From the NCBI RefSeq assembly GCF_006345805.1, contig NC_043016.1:16120001-16184000 (forward strand): a stretch of 64,000 bases of DNA. Direction: 5' to 3'. Shown here piece after piece: positions 1-13,569 of this stretch. The stretch comes from Octopus sinensis (lineage: Eukaryota). Below the pieces are notes generated by a model. The model was not told the DNA's origin and made no database searches. It worked only from the letters and a program-made list of their open reading frames with translations. The stretch's first letter is position 1, and every line of letters begins with the position of its first letter. A program made the position numbers and the translations under genes.

Positions 1-129
1 CGTCGATGCTTCCTTGGGCTAAATTGCAGTGGTGTGATTCCCTTTACGGGACTATCATGTTGACAGTATACAACCGCTCTATCATTCCACCACCGCTCAT
101 ATCTCTCTGAGATATTTAGAAATTTAATA

Positions 130-155
130 TCTCTATTTTTATATATATACCTATG

Positions 156-186
<31 letters not shown>

Positions 187-821
187 TATATATATATAAT
201 ATATATATATACACCCATGTATGAATGTATATATATATATGCATATATATACATATGTGTGTATATATATATATACACACACATGTATGTATATACACAC
301 ACACACACACATATATACACACATGTATGTATATACACATATATATATGTATACATATACCTATATATATGTATACATATGTATGTATATACATATGTAT
401 ATATATATATACATTGTATATACATATATATATTATACATATGTATGTATATACATATATATATACATATGTATGTATATACATATATATATACATATGC
501 ATGTATATACATATATATATATATATATATATGCATATATATACATATATATTATATATATACATATGCATGTATATACATATATATATATTATATATAT
601 ATACATATGCATGTATATAATATATATATATATATATATATACATATGCATGTATATACATATATATATATAATATATCTATGCATGTATATACATATAT
701 ATATATATATACATATGCATGTATATACATATATATATATATATATAACATATGCATGTATATACATATATATATATATATACATATGCATGTATATAAT
801 ATATATATATACATATGCATG

Positions 822-860
<39 letters not shown>

Positions 861-996
861 GTATGTATATACATATATATACTATATATATATATATATA
901 TATGTATACATATGTATGTATATATATATATATATATATACATATATATTATATACATATGTATGTATATACATATATATATATATGTATATATAC

Positions 997-1032
<36 letters not shown>

Positions 1033-1078
1033 TATGTATGTATATATATATATACATATGTATGTATATACATATATA
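130..1078. repeat. Compound (TA)n microsatellite with interspersed TACATATGCATG / TACATATGTATG units
   Basis: Read directly from the sequence; explains all Y/I/M/H-rich ORFs at 116-1235. Confidence 0.97.
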
Positions 1079-1782
1079 TCATCATCATCATCATCATTTA
1101 ACGTCCGCTTTCCACGCTAGCATGGGTTGGACGGTTCAACTGGGGTCTGGGAAGCCAGAAGGCTGCACCAGGCCCAGTCTGATCTGGCAGTGTTTCTGCA
1201 GCTGGATGCCCTTCCTAGCACCAACCACTCCGTGAGTGTAGTGGGTGCTTCTTATGTGCCACCGGCACAGGTGCCATACGAGGTTGGCAACGGCCACGAT
1301 TGGATGGTGCTTTTTACGTGCCACCAGCACAGAGGCCAGTTGGGGTGGTGCTGGCAACGGCCATGTTCGGATGGTTCTCTTACCTGTCACCAGCACTGGT
1401 ATCACAACTACAATTTCCATTGATGTTGATCGATTTCGATTCTCACTTGCCTCGACAGGTCTTCACAAGTAGAGTTTTGTGTCCCAAGAAGGAAAGGTAT
1501 GCATAAGTGGACTGGCTACATCCCAGGTAGAGGCCACGGGCTGTGGTCTCACTTGTCCTGCCGGGTCTTCTCATGCACAGCATACTTCCAAAGATTTCGG
1601 TCACTAGTCATTTCCTCGGTGAGACCTAATGTTCGAAGGTCGTACTTTACCACATCGTCCCAGGTTTTCCTGGGTCTACCTTTTCCACAGGTTCCCTCAA
1701 CTGCTAGGGTGTGGCACTTTTTCACATAACTATCTTCATCCATTCTCGCCACATGACCATACCAGCGCAAACGTCGCTCTCT
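1078..1782 (-). mobile_element. RTE-clade LINE 3' end (RT C-terminal tail, 3'UTR, (GAT)n tail)
   Basis: Minus frame RRLRWYGHVARMDEDSYVKKCHTLAVEGTCGKGRPRKTWDDVVKYDLRTLG is a typical RTE C-terminus; (CAT)n tail at 1078-1097 on plus. Confidence 0.88.
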
Positions 1783-1813
1783 CTCTCTCTTTCTATATAT
1801 ATATATAAATATA

Positions 1814-2135
1814 TGCCGGTGGCACATAAAAAGCACCATCCGAACGTGGCCGATGCCAGCACTGCCTTGGCTGGCTTCCGCGCCGGTGGCACGTTAAAAG
1901 CACCAACCGATCGTGGCCGATGCCAGACCGCCCCCTGGCACCTGTGCAGGTGGCACGTAAAAAGCACCCACTACACTCGCAGAGTGGTTGGCGTTAGGAA
2001 GGGCATCCAGCTGTAGAAACACTGCCAGATCAGACTGGAGCCTGGTGCAGCCTCCTGGCTTCCCAGATCCCGGTCGAACCGTCCAACCCGTGCTAGCGCG
2101 GTAAACGGACATTAAACGATTGATGATGATGATAT
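1814..2135 (+). mobile_element. RTE LINE 3'UTR copy with (GAT)n tail, inverted relative to 1078-1782
   Basis: aagcacccactacactc...ggaagggcatccagctgtagaaac...ccaacccgtgctagc...gatgatgat; same family as 1078-1330 in opposite orientation. Confidence 0.85.
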
Positions 2136-2177
2136 ACATATATATATATTATATATATATATATATATAGATAGGTA

Positions 2178-2376
2178 TACTCTTTTACTTGTTTCAGTAA
2201 TTTGACTGTGGCCATGCTGGAGCACTGCCTTTAGTGAACAAACCAACCCAAGGACTTATTCTTTGGAAGCATAGTACTTATACTATTGGTATCTTTTGCC
2301 GAACCGCTAAGTTACAGAGACATAAACACACCATCGGTTGTCAAGCAATGTTGGGGGACAAAACACACACACACAC

Positions 2377-2435
<59 letters not shown>

Positions 2436-2595
2436 CCGACGGGCTTCTTTCAGTTTCCGTCTACCAATCCACTCAAAAGGCTTTGGTTGGCCTGTGGCTA
2501 TAGAAGACACTTGCCCAAAGTGCCATGCAGTGGGACTGAACCTGGAACCATGTGGTTTGGTAAGCAACCTACTTACCACACAGCCACTCCTGTAC
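2178..2595 (-). mobile_element. tRNA-derived SINE, family B (CORE-like ggcacyttgggcaagtgtctt motif, internal microsatellite)
   Basis: Reverse complement of the ggctgtgtggtaag...ttcagtcccactgc...gggcaagtgtcttcta head; same family at 7170, 16715, 45555 and 51330. Confidence 0.85.
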
Positions 2596-2964
2596 CTATG
2601 ATGTGTGTATATATATATATATGTATTAGCAGAGACACCTGGCGTTGCTTGGGATTGAAATGACATAGTTTAAATATATATTACAGTTATGTTGAAACAG
2701 GTGAAAAAAAAATCGGAAGGGTCGTATAGTGAGGGTTACAGCCCCCTATATATGCAAGGGCCAAAGAACCTTCCCCAAGCAATGAAAACCTTCCAGCGGT
2801 TTGGACGTGCATAGAAGAAACACACACACAGTGAATTTTATATATATATACACACATTAAAATTTAAATAAATCTCCATATATTCTGTGTATTTTTCAAC
2901 TTTATTTATTTTTTTTTATCCTACTTGTTTGGATTAGTTATGAGATATAGGTACATATGTATGG

Positions 2965-3270
2965 ATATATATCACTATGATCACTGTGACCGACCAGGCT
3001 TTCAGATGTTGCTGCACATCGCTGGTCACAATGCGCTTCGCATTGTTTTAGCCTTCAAATGACACCACTCCATTGGCTAAGCAAGCAGGCCAAGAGAAGA
3101 AAGGGTGAGAGAAAGTTGTGGCGAAAGAGTACAGCAGGGATCGCCACCACCCCCTGCTGGAGCCTCATGGAGATTTAGGTGTTTTCGCTCAATAAACACC
3201 CACAACACCCGGTCTCGGAATCAAAACAATGATCCTACAATCTCGAGTCCAATGCCCTAACCACTGATTT
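2965..3270 (-). mobile_element. tRNA-headed SINE of a distinct family
   Basis: Minus head tcagtggttagggcattggactcgagattgtaggatc...gattccgagacc has A-box/B-box-like motifs. Confidence 0.6.
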
Positions 3271-3884
3271 TGGTTTTAATTTCTTTCTTGAAAGTGTTTG
3301 GTTAAGTGCTAATAAAGAATTATCCAAAAATTCTGACTGCCTCCTTTTTCTCAAAATAAATAAATATATATATATATATATACACACATATATAAATGGA
3401 AATAATTTTATTCTCAAATGCAGGGTAATGCTAATAATATAGCATGAACAAGATAAATTACCCATATTTTGCAAAGAGCTAGCCATCAGGCTGATTGAAT
3501 ATCGTTCTTATAACTCCAGTGTCTTTTACAGTTGACTCACACCCAAAATTAAGTAACCTTTCAAACTTGGTACATATATACGGTGGACAATGTGAAACAA
3601 ACTGAACCAAGAGAAAGTAAAAAGTAGATAAAATAGTCATTAATAAGCAACAAAAATAATCAAAGATCAGCAATAAATACACTGACCATCAAATGTAGTC
3701 GATCTATTGCTGTTTCAATGTTGCTTTTGTTTTCTGTAATTATTAAAATGAACATTTTCAAGTCAGAAGATGGGAAAGGAAAAAAAATGACGAAATACGC
3801 ACACACACATTTTGCAATTAGCTACACATGATTAGCACATGATTTCAATTAGTGCTTTCGCTTTAAAGGTAACAAGTTAGTGAA

Positions 3885-4080
3885 AGCATTAGAGCATAGG
3901 AGAAAATGCTTACATGTCACCTTTTTTTTTTTTCAGTTCCTTTCATTCTGTGTTCAAACCCTGCTGAGGTAAACTTTGCCTTTCATCCTTTTGGGGTAGA
4001 TAAAATAAAATACCAGTCATGTACTGGGGTCGATGTAATCACCTCTCCCTAAAACTGCTGCTCTTGTGTCAAATTTAGAA
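3885..4080 (+). mobile_element. SINE family C (gactttgcctttcatcctttcggggtcgataaa central domain)
   Basis: Central motif recurs at about 8960, 11300, 11850, 44830, 50820, 56090 and 61690. Confidence 0.75.
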
Positions 4081-5172
4081 AGAAAGGTGCTGTTTGTCTC
4101 ATTTGGTGCAGTTTATTTCACCTTCTCTGTCGTACACATAAAGTTGGAAAGATCACACACACACACACACACAGACACACAGACATATCCTGAAGCAAGA
4201 TTAATGCTAGAAGAAATCTGCCATCATATATTTCTGCAGTAAATGTTGATTCTGTCTCAAGAGGCAGCCACTTCAATAAGATTATATAACGACTTTTGTT
4301 ATTAAAATTACCATTTATCACGTCAATGTGTGTGTGTTCCACGTAACCGTATCCATTGGCAACATCTGAAGACATTTCACAACTCTGTCAACATCAATAT
4401 TGATGTAGAAATGGAACAAACCACACCAAACACCAAACGTCAGAATTTTCTTATATGAAAATTCTTATATTTTCATATATATGTGTGTGTGTGTGTGTGT
4501 GTGTATCAACACACACACACACACAAATTCTTTGAAAGACCTTGTTTGTATAAGTCAAATATCAAATCTCAATGTTATATTAAGTATAATATATATATAG
4601 ACATTGATATTGGTGAACAGACAGACACTCGCACAGAGACAAATACATAAATGAAATACATATATATACGCACATATTAATATATTTAGATTTGGATATA
4701 CATACATATGATGGAAAGCAGCTCAAGATTATGTACACACACACACACACACACAAAGTGACACTCAAACAGACATATACAGGCTTTGACGCAAATATAA
4801 TCATGCAGACAGACACACACATACACAAACAAAAATACTCGTTCATACACACACACACACAGACACTCAAAGACACCTACACAGACATTAATGCACACAC
4901 ACACACAATGCTCAACAACATTGATGGTATTCATTATTTCTTCAGATTCAATATTATGAAACGGCAGACAATTCTTAAAAGAACCTCCCACCTCCACCAC
5001 CACTAATTAATCTGCATGAGTGACCACCATGTTGAGGAATGTATGATTAAATAATAATTTGGAAGATTCTGCATGGACCTTAACAGAAGGAAGGAAAGGA
5101 AGGAAGAAGGAAAGAAAAATACATTGAAAGAAAGAGTGTAAGAGTGAGAAAGATAAAGAAATAAGAGAGACG

Positions 5173-5398
5173 GAGAGAGAGATAAGGAGAGTGAAAGAAA
5201 GCAGGAGGGAGGTGAGGGAGAGAGATAAGGAGAGTGAAATAAAGCAGGAGGGAGGTGAGGGAGAGAGATAAGGAGAGTGAAAGAAAGCAGGAGGGAGGTG
5301 AGGGAGAGAGATAAGGAGAGTGAAAGAAAGCAGGAGGGAGGTGAGGGAGAGAGATAAGGAGAGTGAAAGAAAGCAGGAGGGAGGTGAGGGAGAGAGAG
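5173..5398. repeat. 43-bp GA-rich tandem repeat, about 5 copies
   Basis: Unit agagataaggagagtgaaagaaagcaggagggaggtgagggag starts at 5178, 5221, 5264, 5307 and 5350. Confidence 0.95.
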
Positions 5399-6087
5399 AC
5401 TATGGAGAAATAAGAAGAGTAAAAAAATAAAAGTGAAAGAAAAAATAGGATCTGAAGAGATTATTGTATTTAGGTGAGGTTTTGTTTATTAAAGATGTCA
5501 AAAATCTGAACTGTATTTGAAAAGATAAGACCTGGAAATTAGTCAATATTTATGGAGAGACACAGAACGAATGTGATTATGTAAGTTAAATTTTGAAATG
5601 TCTATTTGTCAGGTAAAACATTTGAAAGTGAGTTAAATTCTGAAACGCATTTCATTGTCTATCTGGGTCTGAGTCAAACTGGCAAAGAGTTCATCTGTCT
5701 TTCTTTGATGACCGAAAAGTCAAACAAAATGACGAGCCGTCATCAAGCCATGTTTGGACGCACAATGTTGTTCCGCAGACGTCTGCTGGTTGGTTTCTTA
5801 ATGAGTGGCATGGCTGAGTTGTATAAATCCAAGCAGGTTCGAGTTGATGATGATGATGATGATGATAGTAAGGGTTTGAGGAAGATTAGTAACAAGTCAA
5901 GTAATCACAAAGGGTCTCTTTACCCTGGTTCAACTCATTAACATCTTTGTGAGCAGGATGTTATTTACATTTTGGCTCCATTTCACCCCCAGTCAGTCCT
6001 CTGATCAAAGACATTCCAGCCATGGCCATTCCTTATCTTGTACCACATTAAACTTTGTTATTGTTGCTGTTGTTGTTTGACTCCATA

Positions 6088-6155
6088 TTTATCATGATTG
6101 ATCAGACTTATGATGATTGATCAGACTTATGATGATTGATCAGACTTATGATGAT
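6088..6155. repeat. 19-bp tandem repeat, about 3 copies
   Basis: ttatgatgattgatcagac repeated. Confidence 0.9.
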
Positions 6156-7169
6156 CAAAGATATTAAAACCTTGAAGCATTTTATCTTTTATTCTGACAT
6201 AATTTATCTAAGATTATTGAGTTGTTCCTTTTAAGACAACAATGTAATCTGAGGAAGATTTGGCTACTCTTTCAAACATATTGACTGATCATGAAAAGGC
6301 AGGTAATTAATGAATTACAATTATTTCCAAGACCATCGTTAAGATGGAGCATTAAGAAGCAGACTATCTCCACAGTTATCTCCAGGCCTGACCAATTATA
6401 TTCTCTAAATTTAGGAGTAGAGAGCAACCATGTTGGCTGAGTCATTAGAATGTTCAATAAAATGTTTTGTAGAATTTGTTCCAGCTCTGTGTACTCTGAG
6501 TTCAAACCCAAATGAGATCAGCTTTACATTTCATTTTTCTTTTTTTATGGATTAAGCACCAGTTCAAAGTGGTGGATTGCTAGAATTATTAGAGCACCGA
6601 ATGGTAAAGCTTGCAATCTCTGTTTTGGCTCTTGGTATTCTGGCAGCAACTGGTAGCAAGTGACAACACCGATGCCAAAGTGAACAAGTCTTTGTATTTT
6701 CTATGGATAATAGCAACGTAAAGAGAGAGCTGGCTGCATGAATAACTGCAGGTCTGTCATGAAAAAAAAGAGGAAGCTTATCCAGGCAAGGGCTTTAAAG
6801 GGGAACTTTCCTGTTGCAGATCCATAAGTCTCACAAGACATATGGAAGTGCCAGAAGGAATGCAGATGTCTTATAAATACTTTGACTCCAATCAAAAAAT
6901 AATAAATTATAAAAAACAGCAGAATGATTATGACTAGTATATATTCTTTTATGTTTTCCCACATTGAACTCTGGCCATACTGGGGCACTGTCTTGAAGGG
7001 TTTATTCAATCAAATTGAACCCAAGGATCATTTTTTGAGTTTAATATTGATTCTTATGATCACTTTTTCTTTTTTTGCTGAACCACAAAGGTATGGGGAC
7101 ATAAACAAACCAACACTGGTTGTCAAACTGCAAAAGACAAAGACACACACACGACTGTGCACGGTTTCT

Positions 7170-7387
7170 GCTCTTATCTCGTTTCAGTCATTTGACTGTG
7201 GCCATGCTGGAGCACCATCTTTTGTCGAACAAATCAACCCCAGAACTTATTCTCTGTAAGTCTAGTACTTATTATATCAGTCTCTTTTGCCGAACCACTA
7301 AGTTTCGGGGGACATAAACACACCAGTATTGGTTGTGAAGTGATGGTGGGGGTGGGGACGAACACGGATGCACAAGCATATACATAA

Positions 7388-7453
<66 letters not shown>

Positions 7454-7615
7454 GACAGGCTTCTTTCAGTTTCCATCTACCAAATCCACTCATAAGGCTT
7501 TGCTCGGCCCAAGGCTATAGTAGAGGACACTTGCCCAAGGTGCCCCACACAGTGGGACTGAACCCATAACCATGTGGTTGGTAAGCAAGCTACTTACCAC
7601 ACAGCTACTCCTGCT
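7170..7615 (-). mobile_element. SINE family B, near full length
   Basis: Same head and tail as 2178-2595. Confidence 0.85.
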
Positions 7616-10614
7616 AATCAAATTCATTCAAAAGGTATTGGTTGACCCTTAGCTAAGATGTCACACAATGGGACTGAACTCAAAATGGCATAGTTATCTG
7701 TGTCGATTTACCTATGCTTAAGTCAAAGAGAACTTTTGTATATATGTGGCCTAAAGAGAATCTGAGAAGAACTGAAAACTGCAACAAACAATTCCCTGAC
7801 CATAATCTCATTAACTTGGTTTCTTAACCTAAAACAGTTTTTTTTTCTTTTTTTTCCGCAGCAACACAAATTGTATTTACATAAAGCATTAAACAGATTA
7901 CGTAATGATTGTGTGGATAAATGTTAAATTAATTAGTACAATTTGTTAACCAGAAATTCTATTCAACACTAGTTTGCTGACTAGTTTTCTGATATTCTTC
8001 CTACAGAAAGAGAGAGAGAGAGAGGGGAGGGAGAGGGAGAGAGAGGGGGTGAAAGAGAAGGAAAGAGCAGGGAGTGAGCAGGAAGGCAGCAGAAGTTATT
8101 CATAAAACAGTTATATTATTTTCCATCGTTATTTCATGTCCCCTTTCACCCCGTTAGTAAAGGGTGGGTGGATTTTTTGAAAATAATTTGTACAATCACA
8201 TGTTGGTTGAAAACATTCATTTTATGGAAAAGTGTGTGGGAGTTGGGGTTAGACAAATACATATTTCGCTTTGTTCGTTTTCCATTTTCACAGTCTTTTT
8301 TTTTCTTTCTACAATGTGAATTTGGAATGGAGCCTGTTCTTCCAGCAGACCAACTTGCGGCACAAACAGCATCACAGAGACTACTCTGCTCACATACACT
8401 TACTGTTTGTCTATTTCTTGTAGTTCAGATATGACCCAACAAATAAGTCTCTACATGGTTACTTGATTGGCAAGAAGTAACAGCTGCATTTCCCTCAGAT
8501 CAAACCCTACTGTCTTAACCCATCTGGTTACCATATTTCTATTGAAATACACTTTGTTTCAATTAATTTTCGAAATAATGAATTTATTTTACTAAATTCT
8601 TCATTATTTTTCAGGATGATCATTTTTCTTTTTCCAAATAAACATGTGCACTATATAGTCGTTGTCCATGTGTATTCCCCTACTCTGCTTTAGCAGAGCA
8701 GGAGGATATACAGGGACAGAAAAAGTTGCTGAAGAGGTCACAGATGTGTTACAAAAGATTTCCAGACAATGGACATAACATAAAATAAGAACAGCAATAA
8801 ATGAGTGAAGAATGAATATATAATGCATGTATTTATTTGGCAAGAAGGAAAATTACCATCCTGAAATAAAACAATGTTTCAAAACATGGTTTCACATCAA
8901 GAATCTTGCAACACAAATTTATAAATGTAACTTCATTTGTTATTATAAAACTGGTGCCCACCGAGGTTGACTTTGCCTTTTATCCTTTCGGGGTTGATAA
9001 ATTAAGTACCAGTTGCATACTGGGGATGATCTAATCAACTGGCCCCTTCCCCCAAAATTCCAGGCTTTGTGCCTAGAGTAGAAAAGTTTATTAAACTGGT
9101 GTTTTGAAACAAGAACCAACATAAAATTATAATGAACAAGTTAAATGTAATCACTTTAAAACAGAAGTTTGTGATGATGATGATGATGAACTAGAGGCTG
9201 TTTCAGGCAGGTAGATATCAAAACAGATATATAAATAAAGAATACATATTATACAACTATAAAAAGGACAGGGTGGTTATGGCTGGAACACCTCTGATCA
9301 TAGATCAGCTCCTATTATAGTTGACCTAAGGTTAAACAAAAAGAAGAATTGTTCATTAAAAAAGAAAATCAAGTTTAACTCTTCAATGACCATATTTAGG
9401 ATGAAATACACTAATTTTTTAATTAACTTATGAAATAATGAAGAACTCTGAAAGATTTAGAAAATAACATTTCTTTTTTATTAATCTCAAGTCTTGGACA
9501 TAACAAAAGGTTCATACATATAATTAAGATCTAAGGATTTAATTAAAATAACATTTTAAAAGGGACAATTTTCTGTCATAGAACAGGAGCAGTCTGAGGA
9601 GGGGGGGCAAGTGGGTTAATTTAAAAAGAAAATAAGAGTTTCAAAATATGAAGTTATTGAAAATGGAATTGAACAAAGGAATAAATATTGATTACTAACT
9701 AAATTCCAAAACCAAACATTTTGGGATGAGGTTGGAGTAAATTAAAATGACCCCATACTTTGACTTGTCCTTTTATTACAAGAACCTCAGAAGGATGAGT
9801 TGTAAAAATTAATGTTAGCCTTCTATTCTAATTGCATTGACATCTAAGATATTTTATAGGAATATAAAATCTATCCCAGAAGGATGAAAGACAAAGTTAG
9901 TCTTAGTCTTCTATAATAATTCCATTCACATCAAGGATGTTTCATAGGAATATTAAGTCTATCCTGGCATTTTCCTGGTACCTCTTTTTATTATCAACCC
10001 CACAAGGATATAAAAGGTAATGTTGACTTTTGTAGTATTTGAACTAAGAATAAATGGTTCTAAATAAATGATATTTGCATGTATCCATCTACATCCAGTG
10101 ATTTGTAATCTATCTTTAAAGTCATAAATATTAAAAGAATGTTTTTTTTTATTTGATGTTATCATTATCATTATTTAACATCCATGTACCATGCTAGCAT
10201 GGGTTGGACAGTTTGACCAGATCAGGTCCCAGGACTGCATTATGCTTCCATGTGTTAGGCAAGATTTCTGAAGTTGTACATGCATGCAAGCGTCCACTCT
10301 TTCCATGTCACCAATGTTTAGTTAAGGGAAGTGGCCATCAATTTTGGCCAATGCAGGTTGTTATAGGTGTTTCTGTCAGAAAGTAAAGATTGCAGTTGTC
10401 TTGCCCACCCCTCCAACAGTTTCACTAGTCCATCGCACTGAAATTGTGCTTTGCTATTGACCTAGAAAGGATGAAAGGCAAAGTTGATTTTTCTGGGATT
10501 TGAACCAGGAGAACAGTGAGTGGGAAGAAATATCATGAGACACCCCATGCTTTCACAACTCTGCCACTTCACTGCCACCTTTGCCTTTTAATAATAACAA
10601 TTGAAGTGGACAAA

Positions 10615-10830
10615 CTCAAAATATAAAGATCTTGAAATATATTAGAATAGAAATATTCAAGCTGTGGTGCATGAAGGTGAAACTGACACCACTAGTAATT
10701 GGAGCACAAGGTATGAGTTCAGAAATGATGAAAAGAAACATGGAAGCCACACCAGGGCTCACAACACGATGCACTGTCCAAAAAATAATTCTAGGAACAG
10801 CCCATGTCTTGCACAAGATGCTATTAAGTC
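10615..10830 (+). mobile_element. R4/Dong-like (restriction-like endonuclease) retrotransposon 3' fragment
   Basis: IEIFKLWCMKVKLTPLVIGAQG...VQKIILGTAHVLHKML matches the PxVIGALG...LQKxxLLGTAxILRK terminus of this clade. Confidence 0.75.
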
Positions 10831-10919
10831 AAAAAAATAGCTCAAATAGAACAATTTTCACAGACAACAAATACCATGTACAATAAGCACCTAATAATCT
10901 AAAACAGCACAAGCTCATG

Positions 10920-11190
10920 AGACATCATCATCGTTTAACATCCATTTTCCATGCTGGCACGGGTTGGACAGTTCGACTGGGGTCTGGGAAGCCAGGAGGC
11001 TGCACCAGGCCCCATTCTAATCTGGCAAGATTTTTACAGCTGGATGCCCTTTCTAATGCCAACCACTCCGAGAGTGTAGTGGGTGCTATTTATGTGCCAC
11101 CAGCACAGGGGTCAGGGCAGCTGGCATCAGCCACGATCAGATGGTGCCTTTTACATGCCATCGGTACAGAAGCCAGTCAAATCAGTCAGT
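10920..11190 (-). mobile_element. RTE LINE 3'UTR copy
   Basis: catcatcatcgtttaacatcc...ccatgctggcacgggttggac family start. Confidence 0.8.
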
Positions 11191-12009
11191 CATCTGCAAG
11201 TCTACCCAAGAAAAACTTATAATTAATTCTTTCTATTTATATAGGCATAAGGCCTGAAATTTCAAGGAAGGGGCTTAGTTGATTATATTGACCCCAGTGC
11301 TAAACTGGAATATTATTTTATTGACCCCATAAAAATGAAAGGCAAAGTTGATCTTGATGCTATTTGAACTCAGCATAAAGATGGATGGCACATGCTGCTA
11401 AGCATTTTGTGCAACATGCTAATGGTTCTGCCGGCTGACTACTGCCTTAATAATAAGTGGGTGGGTAGGTGGGGGGCATGTGATGAGAGGAATTCTTTGG
11501 AGTTTGAATAATTCTCCTTTGGAAACATGGGTGTTTTATTCAACATCCTTGAACAACCCTTATTCAGGGACCTTTTGAGCAGGATGGGCTACTTGACCTG
11601 AAGAAAATTCTAACTGAGCCCCACCTGCAAGGTCATGCACTGTTTACCTTGATATGAGATCATTATGTTGCACACATATGGTTGTGATGCATGTGCCTAG
11701 TGTACCCTTATCAGGTGGGTATACTGGGCTTCGTATATTTTACCCCAGTGTCACTTTCATAGTATGTGCTGCTCTCACACTCAATAATAATTTTGGAATA
11801 AGGCCAGCATTTTTGGGGGAGGGATAAGTTGACCCCAGTACTCAACTGGTACTTATTTTAATGACCCTGAAAGGATGAAAAACAAAGTTGTTCTTGGCAG
11901 AATTTGAACTCAAAATATAAATATGGACTATGATGCTGCTAAGTAATTTTCCCAGTATAATAATGATTCTGTCAGCTCACCACTTTAATAATAATAATAA
12001 ATAGTAATA

Positions 12010-12320
12010 AGGTACTGCAAGGAGCTGTTTGTTGATTGGTTTAACTTGATCATATCATTACATCAATGGTAAAGAAAATGAAAAAATCATAAAATATGCA
12101 GACTTGAGAATAGAGGTTGGGAGAATGTGGAATATGAAAGAATGGTGTGAACTGTGGTTGGGGCATTTGGGTGAGTGATGAAAATCTTTGAGAAGCACCT
12201 TTGCACAATTGAAATCCCTCCCAGCATTGATATGGAAAAAGATAACAGTTTTGGAAACAGCAAATATTCTATGGAAATGTCTATCTGAGGTTTCATCACT
12301 TTGAAAATGAAGGAATAATA
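12010..12320 (+). mobile_element. R4/Dong-like 3' fragment flanked by (AAT)n
   Basis: Degenerate KIIKYADLRIEVGRMWNMK...VLETANILWKCL; (aat)n runs at about 11987-12010 and 12313-12337. Confidence 0.65.
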
Positions 12321-12339
12321 ATAATAATAATAATAAATA

Positions 12340-12700
12340 GCAACAACTTTGATGGATGAAGGTAGTGTAACAAAGCGTTTGTTGATTGAGGCAGCTTGTC
12401 CAGGAGATTATGATATCAATGGTGAAGAAAATGAGAAAATTGTACAATACGCAGACCAGAGAATGGCTGTCAAGAGAATGTGGAATACGAAAACAAGAGC
12501 AGAACCAATTGCAATTGGGTTGGTAATGGAAAAATCTTCAGAAACAACTTGAGACAATTGGAGTCTGTCCCAGTATTACAAAAGGCAACACATTTGGAAT
12601 CAGCAAACATCCCATGGTAAGAACTGTTTGCGGTTACACAACTAGACAAGGAATCAATCAAACGACCCAGTATCATCACCACAGAGCAAATGGAGGAATA
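12340..12700 (+). mobile_element. Second R4/Dong-like 3' fragment flanked by (AAT)n
   Basis: LLIEAACPGDYDINGEENEKIVQYADQRMAVKRMWNTKTRAEPIAIG; (aat)n on both sides (12313-12337 and about 12698-12708). Confidence 0.7.
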
Positions 12701-12744
12701 ATAATAAAATTACAACATTCAGAATATTAAATTTTTTTACTTAC

Positions 12745-12818
12745 TGTAAAATATAAACAGCTCGGTCAATATCAGACAAATCTTCTGCAACAGTAAGAGA
12801 CTCAAGCTCTTCATTGCT
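12745..12818 (-). CDS. PPP4R4: PPP4R4-like (serine/threonine-protein phosphatase 4 regulatory subunit 4) internal coding exon
   Basis: Acceptor ccttgcag|, donor |gtaagt, 74 nt, phase 0 to 2. Encodes SNEELESLTVAEDLSDIDRAVYIL, closely matching recalled human PPP4R4 TPEEIERLTVDEDLSDIERAVYLL. Confidence 0.85.
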
Positions 12819-13569
12819 CTGCAAGGAATTCGATAAAAATTGAGAAGATTACTCAAGAGAATCCAAACTTTGTCCAATATTTAACTCTTAAATTAATAAA
12901 TTAATTTCAATTTAATTTCATTTAAGCATTAATTAATATACAATTGAACAGATAAAGAAATTCATGTTTAAACAAGCATTGAATATAAAGCTAAACAGCA
13001 ATAAATTTTTTCACTTCATTTTACCATTTTACATCCATATTTCTGGGTTTGGCTCTGGTGAAATGGCTTTTATTATGAATTTAGACATTTTCAAAGTCAC
13101 CTTACATCTGTCTCATCTTAAATACTCTCTCACTTAATCAAGGAGGCTTTTTTCTTTTTCCTCACAAGTGCTAGTGCCACAAAAAAAAAAAAGAAAAAAA
13201 AAGAGCTCCATTATGCACTGTAAAGTGGTTGGTTTTAGGAAGCGGATCCAGGCATCAAAACAATGGCAATGCTGATAGAGAGCATGATGCAGCCACGTGA
13301 CTTGCCGGATCCTGTCAAAGTATCCAACAGTTGCTGGCACAGAAAAATGGATATTAAATGATTATGATTGATGATGGTTGAAAAAAAAAAAAAAAAGCAT
13401 CTGAAAGAGTAGAGTGAGATTATCCCAAGAGAATGGATTACTCAACGTTTCCCACAGTAATTACACTGTAGTCTTTCTCTCCCTTTTCCCGAATAATGCT
13501 AGTCTTGTAGACGCAGACCACCTCCACCACCACCACCACCACCATCTAGGATAATAACGATTGTTGCAA

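Noticed and set aside
116-1235. Long Y/I/M/H-rich ORFs up to 313 aa
   Set aside because: Translations of the TA-based microsatellite; stop-free for compositional reasons.
3480-3605. Minus exon candidates (LFHIVHRIYVPSLKGYLILG or FVSHCPPYICTKF...)
   Set aside because: Plausible splice sites but no resemblance to PPP4R4 or any family I recognise; unsupported.
4190-4445. Non-repetitive island with short open frames
   Set aside because: No frame matches PPP4R4 exon 3 or 4 with compatible phase.
8404-8450. Minus exon candidate RLICWVISELQEIDK with a gtaagt donor as PPP4R4 exon 3
   Set aside because: The required phase-2 reading hits a stop, there is no similarity to the expected GQ(D/E)VQ...NLP peptide, and it adjoins a dispersed repeat.
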